From an uncultured Phycisphaeraceae bacterium (GTDB taxonomy: Bacteria; Planctomycetota; Phycisphaerae; UBA1845), in the NCBI GenBank assembly GCA_964494205.1, contig CAZBRD010000016.1, positions 11,077-75,076 of the forward strand: DNA of 64,000 nt, given 5' to 3'. Below the pieces are notes generated by a model. That model searched no databases and was not told the origin of the DNA. It saw nothing but the letters and a program-made list of their open reading frames with translations. The position numbers and the translations under genes were made by a program. Below, in pieces: positions 20,177-28,393 of this stretch; position 1 is the stretch's first letter, and each line of letters starts with the position of its first letter.

Positions 20177-20917
20177 TTGTGGCGTCTTGTTGGAATGTGC
20201 CGACTTGTTGAAGGCGAGCAACTTGGAAAGTCTCTAGATTTGAGTGCGATAAAAGCAGTCATATTCGACCTGGATGACACGCTCTATCCCGAACGGATGT
20301 ATGCGGTGGGGGGGTATCGCGCCGTCGCACATGAGCTTGTCGATCGCTTCGGAAACCCCGCTGTGACGCTGGCACGCCTGACTGCATTGTTGGATTCGCC
20401 GCATCGATTCCGCGTGTTTGATGCGTTCCTGGAAGAACGCGCGACGCAAGACCGCGAAGACGTCCTTCTGCAGATGTTGAAAGCCTATCGTGCGCACAAA
20501 CCCACGCTCGAATTCCACCCCGACGCAGACGCAGCCATCTCGCGACTCCGTGCAACCCACCGCCTCGGCCTCATCACCGACGGCCGATCTGAAGGACAGT
20601 GGAGCAAGATCGACGCGCTCGATCTTCGAACGAGAATCGATGCGATCATCGTCACCAGCGATCTAGGCGAAGGCTTCCACAAACCGAACGCCCGAGCTTT
20701 TGAATTGATGTCAGAAAAACTCCACGTTCCACATGCCGCTTGCGCGTATGTCGCGGACAATCCCGGCAAGGACTTCGTCGCGCCCAACGCACTCGGGTGG
20801 CGATCGATCCGCGTCCTTCGCGCGGACGGACTGTACCGCGATGTGCGAAGCGCCGCGTCGGGCGAACCACATTACGTCGTGAAGAATCTCGACGATCTCG
20901 AAGTGTTGCTAGCGTAG
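20177..20917 (+). CDS. HAD-family hydrolase
   Basis: IFDLDDTLY (motif I), LITDG, KP and YVADN..KD; true start probably further downstream. Confidence 0.9.
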   Translation: MWRLVGMCRLVEGEQLGKSLDLSAIKAVIFDLDDTLYPERMYAVGGYRAVAHELVDRFGNPAVTLARLTALLDSPHRFRVFDAFLEERATQDREDVLLQMLKAYRAHKPTLEFHPDADAAISRLRATHRLGLITDGRSEGQWSKIDALDLRTRIDAIIVTSDLGEGFHKPNARAFELMSEKLHVPHAACAYVADNPGKDFVAPNALGWRSIRVLRADGLYRDVRSAASGEPHYVVKNLDDLEVLLA

Positions 20918-21191
20918 ATTCAGTCGAAGCTGCGCGAGTCGCGGGTCAACACATGCTTGCCAATAGGCTTACATCTCGGTTCAACAAAGATAACTTTCCT
21001 CGATAGCAGAATTCACTTGCGCGTCAGCCAATGTCGTTTTGCAAAGTTCGTCCCAACCACGTTCCTAACTAATTCGCGCCGCACAAAAGCGCACATCGCG
21101 CCCTTCTGTCAAGTGTGCGAAATGAATTACAAAATTTGTTCGTCGCGCCTACCTCTTGCATCGCTTCGCGCGCATCGGTAGATATGAGCAC

Positions 21192-21536
21192 ATGCTCTCG
21201 ACGACGAATCCCATGCCGCATTCTCCCGTGCAACCGTACGTACGGAAACGCGACCAATCGCAATTCGTCCCGCCGTATCACGTGATTCTTTTCGACGATG
21301 ACGACCACACCTACGAGTACGTTGTCGGCATGATTCGCAAGATCTTTGGCCGCTCGCAGGAGGAAGCCATCCAGCTGGCCAACCAAATCGACGACGACGG
21401 CAAAGTAATATTAGAAACCACAACGCTGGAACGCGCCGAGTTGAAACGCGACCAGATCATCTCCTTCGGCCGCGACTGGCGCCTCGACCGCTGCAAAGGC
21501 AGCATGACCGCCATGATCGAACCAGCGGCTGCTTGA
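21192..21536 (+). CDS. clpS: ATP-dependent Clp protease adaptor ClpS
   Basis: PPYHVILFDDDDHTYEYVV...AELKRDQI...MTAMIEP. Confidence 0.88.
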   Translation: MLSTTNPMPHSPVQPYVRKRDQSQFVPPYHVILFDDDDHTYEYVVGMIRKIFGRSQEEAIQLANQIDDDGKVILETTTLERAELKRDQIISFGRDWRLDRCKGSMTAMIEPAAA

Positions 21537-21726
21537 ACGAACTGCTCTGAACCGCTTACACTATTCAAAGATCCGGCATTTTGCAGGAATTGATCTGTTT
21601 TCATGCCGAAGATGGAGCACTTCCCATTTTGCGGTGTTGAATTGCAGGATCCAAAACCCTTCACTTCAAGTGACGTCCCCAAATTCGTGCGTTCAGTAAT
21701 CGTTCTAGATAGTTGTTCAGTGCTTC

Positions 21727-21813
21727 CGCCCGGCAGGGCACACGATAGTTGCCAGAGGCTTCAGCCTCTGGTCAGATGTCATCTCTAAATTGCTGCGTCC
21801 GGAGGACGGACGA
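21727..21813 (+). repeat. Three-hairpin repeat family E (TAGTTGCC subtype)
   Basis: GCCCGGCAGGGC..GATAGTTG-CCAGAGGCTTCAGCCTCTGG..CGTCCGGAGGACG; sister copy at 38799-38890. Confidence 0.7.
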
Positions 21814-21856
21814 AATCCTAGAAGGCAGAACAGTCTGCTCATCCGCCAATGCAAAT

Positions 21857-22462
21857 ATGAACCAGACTCGAAGTAACCAACCCAACCTCATCCTCGCCTC
21901 AGCCAGCCCGCGACGCGCTCAGCTTCTTCGCGACGCCGGTTATTCCTTCACCGTGCAACCGTCCACGCTCGACGAGCCAAGCGATTTGTCGTCTGACCTT
22001 TCCCCCGCCCAAACAGCCGAAGCGATCAGCTATTTCAAGGCGCGAAACGTCGCAGCCGACGCTCCCGACGTTGTGATTCTCGCAGCCGACACGCTCGTGG
22101 CACTTGGCAATGAAATCTTCGGCAAACCGCGCGATCGCGCCGACGCACGCCGCATCCTCTCCGCACTCCTCGGCACCACGCAAGAAGTCATCACCGGCGT
22201 GACAGTGCTGCCCTCGGCGAACCCGGCTGACCGCATCATCACCCACGACGTTACGCGCGTTCGCATGAGAAGCATGAGTGAAAACGACCTTGAGCGCTAC
22301 CTCGACACCGGAGACTGGCAAGGCAAAGCCGGGGCCTTCGGCATCCAGGATCAGGCCGATCCGTTTGTTGAGTGCGTCGAAGGCAGCTTCACCAACGTCG
22401 TCGGCCTGCCTATGGAGTTGGTCACGGAAATCCTCAGCCGTGTCGGCGTGATCCCTCGTTAA
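21857..22462 (+). CDS. maf: Maf-family nucleoside triphosphate pyrophosphatase
   Basis: LILASASPRRAQLL, ILAADT, GKP, KAGAFGIQ and NVVGLP motifs. Confidence 0.95.
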   Translation: MNQTRSNQPNLILASASPRRAQLLRDAGYSFTVQPSTLDEPSDLSSDLSPAQTAEAISYFKARNVAADAPDVVILAADTLVALGNEIFGKPRDRADARRILSALLGTTQEVITGVTVLPSANPADRIITHDVTRVRMRSMSENDLERYLDTGDWQGKAGAFGIQDQADPFVECVEGSFTNVVGLPMELVTEILSRVGVIPR

Positions 22463-22508
22463 CTCTATTTCGTCCGTTCGAGGTCGGCAATCGGATCTTT
22501 ACCAATCC

Positions 22509-22559
22509 GAGCCCTTTGCGCAAGCAAAGGCATCAGAGCCGGGAGCGCAAGCGACCGGT
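22509..22559 (+). repeat. Family C doublet
   Basis: GAGCCCTTTGCGCAAGCAAAGG followed by CATCAGAGCCGGGAGCGCAAGCGACCGGT; the same doublet occurs at 52078-52132. Confidence 0.8.
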
Positions 22560-22598
22560 TGGTATGCGTTTGTCCTGTATGTTCGACGTGAGGTCTAT

Positions 22599-23696
22599 CT
22601 AGGTAAGGACTGCAAAGGCAGCCATCGCTTCATTTTCGCTGACGTTATCATGAACTTTTGGGGTGCCAATCCCGTCAAGCAGTACGAACCGCAGCTTACC
22701 TGCTTTGTTCTTCTTATCGTTTTGCATCGCGTCAATAATCCGCGCAGGCGCAACCTGTTCCGTTAATCGCGTCGGCAACCCGAGAGCCTCCAACAACTTC
22801 ACGACGCGGGCAACCAGAGCGTCATGAACAAGCCCGCGCCGTCGCGAAATCTCCAGCGCTGCGACCATCCCCAACGCAACGCACTCCCCATGACGCAATC
22901 GGTAATCGCAACAAGCTTCGATGGCGTGGCCGATCGTGTGTCCGAAATTCAGCGCAACCCGAATCCCTTTTTCGTCATGCACATCGCGCTCCACAAAGCT
23001 CGCCTTGATGCGAATGTTGCGTGCAACGAAATCCTCCATGACACGCTTATCACACTGGAGTAGCGCGTCAGCCGACTTCTCATGCCACCCAAGGAACTCC
23101 TCTGAAGTAATCAGCGCATGCTTCACGGACTCTGCCAGCCCCGCCCGCACATCCCGCGCGGGTAACGATCGAAACGTGTCGGGATCAACAACAACCATCT
23201 CCGGCTGCTTGAAGGTGCCAACGATGTTCTTCGCGCCGTCCAGGTTGATCGCGTTCTTGCCGCCGATGGCCGCATCAACCGCAGCCTCGACCGTCGTCGG
23301 GCAGAGCACGAGCTTGACCCCTCTCATCCATGTGGCTGCTACAAAACCGGCCAAGTCGCTCACCGCGCCTCCCCCCAGCGCGACAACCAATGCGTCCCGA
23401 CCCAAACCTCGCCATACAAGCGTCGAATAGGTGTTTTCAACTACCCGAAGGCTCTTGGCTTCTTCGCCGGCGGGGACGATCCACTCTGAAACGCGAAACC
23501 CACCTTCCTGAATGGCGCGAACGCACGCAGCTCCATACTTCGGTCCCACGTTGGCATCCGTCACCACTAGGACCGATCCGATTCGTGTGTGCGAATGGAT
23601 TTGATCGCGGATCAGCGCTCCCAGCCGCGCCAACGCGTCCGCTTCGACCACAACTCTGGTAGTTGCCTCCCCGAATTGGAAAACCTGGTCTAACAA
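22599..23696 (-). CDS. aroB: 3-dehydroquinate synthase
   Basis: GEEAKS, ALGGGAVSDLAGFVAATWMRG, DAAIGGKNAIN, LNFGHTIGHAIE and HGECVALGM motifs. Confidence 0.96.
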   Translation of the reverse strand: MLDQVFQFGEATTRVVVEADALARLGALIRDQIHSHTRIGSVLVVTDANVGPKYGAACVRAIQEGGFRVSEWIVPAGEEAKSLRVVENTYSTLVWRGLGRDALVVALGGGAVSDLAGFVAATWMRGVKLVLCPTTVEAAVDAAIGGKNAINLDGAKNIVGTFKQPEMVVVDPDTFRSLPARDVRAGLAESVKHALITSEEFLGWHEKSADALLQCDKRVMEDFVARNIRIKASFVERDVHDEKGIRVALNFGHTIGHAIEACCDYRLRHGECVALGMVAALEISRRRGLVHDALVARVVKLLEALGLPTRLTEQVAPARIIDAMQNDKKNKAGKLRFVLLDGIGTPKVHDNVSENEAMAAFAVLT

Positions 23697-24094
23697 TCGT
23701 CACCCTTTACACTTTGAACTGACGCCGGCCAAGTTGCGGACGGCGGGTGTGCCACTGCTCTGTGAGCAGTGCCGGTCATTGAATGATTCACCGCCAGTTT
23801 CGTCGCGCACACTGGCTGTAAGCATGTTCCATCGAATGCAACCGTCCGACACATTTACACAGTAACAACCCCCGAAAGCCCCTCACCTCCGTTTATTTCT
23901 AAGGCAGTTTCGCCTATAATTCTCACAATGGAACACTCGCCGAATGCAAGGTTTGGCGTTCCCGCCGACCGCGACGCCTACCGCCACAGGCCCGCCAGGA
24001 AGGACTGACGTAAACATATACAAATGTTGATGTTATGGAGAACAAATTCCAGGTTTCGCGCATATTCCGCCGATACATTATCGGCTCAAAATCG

Positions 24095-24123
24095 TTGACG
24101 AATTCGTGAAAGAAAGGTACAAT
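24095..24123 (+). promoter_or_regulatory. Sigma-70 promoter of folC (near-leaderless)
   Basis: TTGACG-N17-TACAAT ending 8 nt before ATG 24132. Confidence 0.7.
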
Positions 24124-24131
24124 CCGCCCCG

Positions 24132-25619
24132 ATGAGTAGGGTCACAATAACTAAACCCAAGAAGAAGACCAAGCCAAAGGTTAAGGCCAAACCCGCGCCC
24201 AAAGCTCGCAAGGAGACGGTCGCCAAAGCTCCGCCCGAGCCCGGCCGTTCGTTCAGGTCAGCTTTGCAGTTTCTTAATTCGCTGACAAATTACGAGCGCG
24301 TCCGTAGCGTTGAGTACAACCGTCAGAACTTCGGTCTCACACGCATGACCCGACTTTTGGCGGCGATGGGCAATCCGCATCGCGCCTTTAAGTCGGCCCA
24401 TGTCGCGGGCACGAAAGGCAAAGGGAGCACGTGCACTATGCTCGCACAAATGCTCCAGGCCTGCGGTTACAAGGTCGGTCTTTATACCTCTCCACACATT
24501 TTGGACATCCGCGAGCGCATCGCCGTCAACGGCGAACTGATTTCAGAAGCGGCCTTCTCTAAAACCATAGGCGCCGTCATGGCTGCCTTGCCGAAGGCCA
24601 AGCTGACCGCGCCCACTTACTTTGAAGTGCTGACAGCCGCCGCCTTCCGCTATTTCGAGCAGCAGGGCGTCGAGATCGCCGTTGTCGAAACAGGCTTGGG
24701 TGGCCGGTTGGATTGCACCAACGTTATTACTCCGGAAGTCGTTGGCCTCACCAACATCAGTTTTGATCACATGGCTCAGCTTGGTAACACGCTGGAGCTG
24801 ATCGCCGCTGAGAAGGCAGGCATCCTGAAGAAGGGCATCCCAGCCGTTAGCGCCCCGCAGCGTCCAAACGTTCGCGAGGTCTTTCGCCGCGTCGCTGACG
24901 AAGTGGGCGCTCCTCTTCGATTCTCTGATGAGGGCGTCGACTTCAGCTATCGCTTCGAGTTCTCACGCTCCATCGGTCGTCACGCACGCATCTGCCTGAC
25001 AACACCGACCAGCCGGTTCGAGCACCTGCACGTGCCTCTGCTCGGCGAGCATCAGGCTGCCAACTGCGGCCTCGCTTTGAACATGCTTGATGCCATGAAG
25101 CAACGCGGCTTCAAGATTGACGATCAACTCGCGATGGCCGGCCTGACAAGGGTTGAACTGCCGGGCCGAATGCAGTTGATCTCCGAGTCGCCGCGTATTC
25201 TGGTGGATGGTGCACACAACGCAGCCAGCATTGACGCGCTCATGCGAGCCATCGGCCAGAACGTCACGTACGATTCCATGATCGTGATCTTCGGTTGCCA
25301 GCGAGACAAAGATATCTCCGGCATGATCCGCCGAATTCAGCTTGGCGCCGATAAGATCATTTTCACCAGCACCGGTTCGCCGCGCTCAGCCGACCCGGCA
25401 GAGTTAGCCGCTGAATATGTCGATCGTTCCTCCGGCAAGATGGCCCAGGTCGCTCGCCGACTTGAAGATGCCATGCAGATCGCCACCAGCGCTCTGACCC
25501 GCGAGGACCTGATCTGCATCACCGGCTCCTTCTATCTGGTGGCGGAAGCCATCCAGAAGTTCACCAAGAAGCCAGGCGAAAAGCCCGCTGCCGTACTCGA
25601 AGCCGTCGGCGCGAATTAG
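24132..25619 (+). CDS. folC: Folylpolyglutamate/dihydrofolate synthase FolC
   Basis: HVAGTKGKGS, YTSPHI, ETGLGGRLDCTN, DGAHN and TGSFYLV motifs; Lys-rich N-terminal extension. Confidence 0.95.
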   Translation: MSRVTITKPKKKTKPKVKAKPAPKARKETVAKAPPEPGRSFRSALQFLNSLTNYERVRSVEYNRQNFGLTRMTRLLAAMGNPHRAFKSAHVAGTKGKGSTCTMLAQMLQACGYKVGLYTSPHILDIRERIAVNGELISEAAFSKTIGAVMAALPKAKLTAPTYFEVLTAAAFRYFEQQGVEIAVVETGLGGRLDCTNVITPEVVGLTNISFDHMAQLGNTLELIAAEKAGILKKGIPAVSAPQRPNVREVFRRVADEVGAPLRFSDEGVDFSYRFEFSRSIGRHARICLTTPTSRFEHLHVPLLGEHQAANCGLALNMLDAMKQRGFKIDDQLAMAGLTRVELPGRMQLISESPRILVDGAHNAASIDALMRAIGQNVTYDSMIVIFGCQRDKDISGMIRRIQLGADKIIFTSTGSPRSADPAELAAEYVDRSSGKMAQVARRLEDAMQIATSALTREDLICITGSFYLVAEAIQKFTKKPGEKPAAVLEAVGAN

Positions 25620-25687
25620 TCGCGTCGATTTCGAAAAGCCGGGTCGTGCCCGTCTTGTATTCGACAAAAATATATCCAAACTAACCA

Positions 25688-25715
25688 GAGCCCCCTGCGC
25701 AAGCAGGGGGCTTTT
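25688..25715 (+). terminator. Family C palindrome positioned as the folC terminator
   Basis: GAGCCCCCTGC-GCAA-GCAGGGGGCTT followed by TTGTTT, about 70 nt after the folC stop. Confidence 0.6.
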
Positions 25716-25791
25716 GTTTACGGCAACCAAAATCAGGTTGATTCCACTTTGACCAAACGGTTGCTTGGTAAATCGGCTTAACTAAGGCCCG

Positions 25792-26322
25792 TCAAACCGC
25801 CACTCGCATCCTCGATGGCCTATGTAGTCGCCGCATCTTTGTTGATGTGTTCTCAATGACGCCAGCCAATCGCGTTGTAGTCCCTGTCGTCGGCGTAGTC
25901 GTGGGACAAGTCGAGGTTCCAACGGCTCTGCTTTTCGCTCGGGCCACCGGGATATGCAAAATCCGGCGTACCATCATCTCCGACAGCCGATCAACGACCT
26001 CTAGCATCACGTCATCTTTGACCAGCAGTGTAATGCATCGACGGCCGGCGTCGCGAATGTCGCTACCCAATTGCAGAAGGCGAATGCCGGAGCCGAACCG
26101 CTCAACCAGCTCGCCGCACCGAACACTGGCCCTTTCATTCGACTCCAGCGTGACCCGCAAAAACCAGAACTCGCTATCAGCAATATCTGCCGTTTCAATC
26201 GCCGAATCATCCAAGACAACTTCGTAGCCCCATCGCTCGATCGTCTTTCGGTCAGCCTCCTCGGCAGCGGTCAATCCCTTATGCAAACCATTGGCCCTTG
26301 CCTGCATTTCAATCATGGACAA
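25792..26322 (-). CDS. Hypothetical protein
   Basis: 176-aa ORF, GGTGGTGG upstream, Thr-rich tail; no motif recognised. Confidence 0.5.
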   Translation of the reverse strand: MSMIEMQARANGLHKGLTAAEEADRKTIERWGYEVVLDDSAIETADIADSEFWFLRVTLESNERASVRCGELVERFGSGIRLLQLGSDIRDAGRRCITLLVKDDVMLEVVDRLSEMMVRRILHIPVARAKSRAVGTSTCPTTTPTTGTTTRLAGVIENTSTKMRRLHRPSRMRVAV

Positions 26323-26635
26323 CCACCACCGATTAGTGTCGCACTCAGACCCGAAAACAATTCACCCCGCCCACATTCGGCATGGTTGCGACGAATCCTT
26401 GACCAATTCCGAAGTATCACTTCGCAGCCGCGTTTTCAATGTCACTCAATCTGTTTCATCTGTTCGTGCAACACAGGTCACAACGCAATCCGAATGCAAT
26501 AAGCAGAGAGGCTCGGCTGATGATCCCGAGCGTTGAGTTCTTTGCTCAGCAGGGGGTAAGCAGGTAGGGCGGGTTCCACCCACCGCGACGATTCTCGATT
26601 TCCGCCGGCAAACAACTCCCCGCATTCAATCAATG

Positions 26636-26678
26636 TAAAAAGAATCGCGGGGCTGAGATCATCAATCTCAACCCCGCG
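26636..26678 (-). terminator. Rho-independent terminator
   Basis: 14-bp stem CGCGGGGTTGAGAT/ATCTCAGCCCCGCG followed by ATTCTTTT on the minus strand, after the Tyr/Pro-rich gene. Confidence 0.75.
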
Positions 26679-26721
26679 TAGAAATTTAGGTTTTAGGCTT
26701 TAGGCGTTTAGGTTTTTATTC

Positions 26722-27243
26722 TCATCCACCGAGCGAGAAGCCCCATGCGCGACGACCGTGGCCGTTCGACGCATACCCGAAGCTGATGCCCGACGAATAA
26801 TACGGGCGGCTGTAGTACGCCGGGCTATAGGTCACCGGCGCGACATACGGTTGCGAATAAACCGGCGCCGCATACGGCTGGGTGTACACCGGAGTCGCAC
26901 AAGGCTGCGAGTAAACCGGAGCTACGTACGGTTGCGAGTACACCGGCGCGCTATAGACGACTGGCGCGGAGTAGTACACCGGTCGCGAGTAGACGATTGG
27001 CTGTGGGTAACAGGCCGGCCGTGCGTACACGTGACCGTAACCGTAACCGTGCCCATGTCCGTAGCTCGGGCGATAGTAGCTTTGCGAATAAGCCGGACGA
27101 CCCCAGCCACCTCCGCCACCATGATAGCCACGACCACCACCGTTATATCCACGACCAGCCTCAGCAGTATTGGCTGCGAACATCGAGGCAGCCGCGCCCA
27201 CCAGGGCCATCACCACAACATTCTTGCAGCTCATACTAAACAT
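26722..27243 (-). CDS. Secreted Gly/Tyr/Pro-rich low-complexity protein with 9-aa repeats
   Basis: Signal peptide ending AEA, AAGGAG RBS, PVYSQPYVA-type repeats (27-bp period, 26833-26949). Confidence 0.8.
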   Translation of the reverse strand: MFSMSCKNVVVMALVGAAASMFAANTAEAGRGYNGGGRGYHGGGGGWGRPAYSQSYYRPSYGHGHGYGYGHVYARPACYPQPIVYSRPVYYSAPVVYSAPVYSQPYVAPVYSQPCATPVYTQPYAAPVYSQPYVAPVTYSPAYYSRPYYSSGISFGYASNGHGRRAWGFSLGG

Positions 27244-27426
27244 GGTTCTAACTCCTTGGCTTTCTTTAGCCTTTGCGAATCACCCCCGGGCTTCCCACAT
27301 CGTTCCACCGCAGTAGTGACTTTCTAATAGACAGTCCTTGGGAACCGAGGTTAGGGAACGAGCAAAATCCGTTACATATAGACCTTAGTCCGAAAATATG
27401 CCTATTCTGATCATTGAGAATCGGTT

Positions 27427-27780
27427 TCAGGGGCGATTGGGTCTTCCGAATCCAACTTCCGGTACTTTGGCCCAAATCGTGAACGGCAGTCCCAAAATCA
27501 TGATGGGAGCCAGGAGGAGAATCATGAAGAAATAGAACACCTTACGACCTTTCGTCACATCGGCGTCAAACCATGTTCGTTTCCACATGGTTCCAAAGAT
27601 GCCGTAGTTATGCCGAATGTTGACGAACGGAATGTAGGGACTGAGTTGGCCCACCGTCTCGCCGCATTCCTCGCAGTAGTGTTGCAACGGCTGGTACGGA
27701 GTGAAGCACTTCAGGCAAACCGGCGTGCCTTCAGCCGGCGTGTCGCCCGAGGGCCGAGTCTCAGAATGGGGCATGTTCAA
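27427..27780 (-). CDS. Small membrane protein with N-terminal zinc ribbon
   Basis: CLKC...YCEECG plus a C-terminal hydrophobic helix. Confidence 0.6.
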   Translation of the reverse strand: MNMPHSETRPSGDTPAEGTPVCLKCFTPYQPLQHYCEECGETVGQLSPYIPFVNIRHNYGIFGTMWKRTWFDADVTKGRKVFYFFMILLLAPIMILGLPFTIWAKVPEVGFGRPNRP

Positions 27781-27883
27781 ACAACCAAATCAAAAACTGC
27801 TCATACGCCATCACAGCTCGTCGAAGTCACATCAAGAAACAAAAAAGGCAATTCACTATTCAGATCAGTCTTGGTTCGCGAAG

Positions 27884-28267
27884 TTACAGATCCTTCCCTG
27901 TGCGCGCGACGGGAAGTGGCTTCGCTCCCCCGCCGAACCACTTGCTCCGCATCCAGCTCAATGAGAAGGCAATGAGGCCGCCCGCGACAACCACAGCCAG
28001 AAAACCAACGACAAGCAGGAAGAAAGGAATCGCCAGCAGAACCGCCGCGATCGCAAAAAGCGCCGCGAGCAACCGATGTCCACCAGACAATTGGCCCGAG
28101 TGCAAGGTGAACACGACGCGCTGGTGGAATGGCTGAAGGGTTTCAACGCGTTTTGTCGTCACAAACTCGGGCTGGCTCGCTTCCGAATTAACGGGCGACA
28201 CGGATCCAATGGGCGCGAGTAATTCTCGTCCCTCTACAGTTTCCTCTTGTTGATCGCTCAAGTGCAT
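27884..28267 (-). CDS. Hypothetical membrane protein
   Basis: Long hydrophobic hairpin segment; ATG start. Confidence 0.55.
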   Translation of the reverse strand: MHLSDQQEETVEGRELLAPIGSVSPVNSEASQPEFVTTKRVETLQPFHQRVVFTLHSGQLSGGHRLLAALFAIAAVLLAIPFFLLVVGFLAVVVAGGLIAFSLSWMRSKWFGGGAKPLPVARTGKDL

Positions 28268-28393
28268 CGCTAGCCGCTAACATCAAACAAATGGCGCGCT
28301 TACTTCGTACAGCAGCGCATTCGACTCAACGCCAACCAATCATAGGCCAAATACCGTGCTATAGCGCTCGCCTTATCACCGGCGGCCCTCAGC

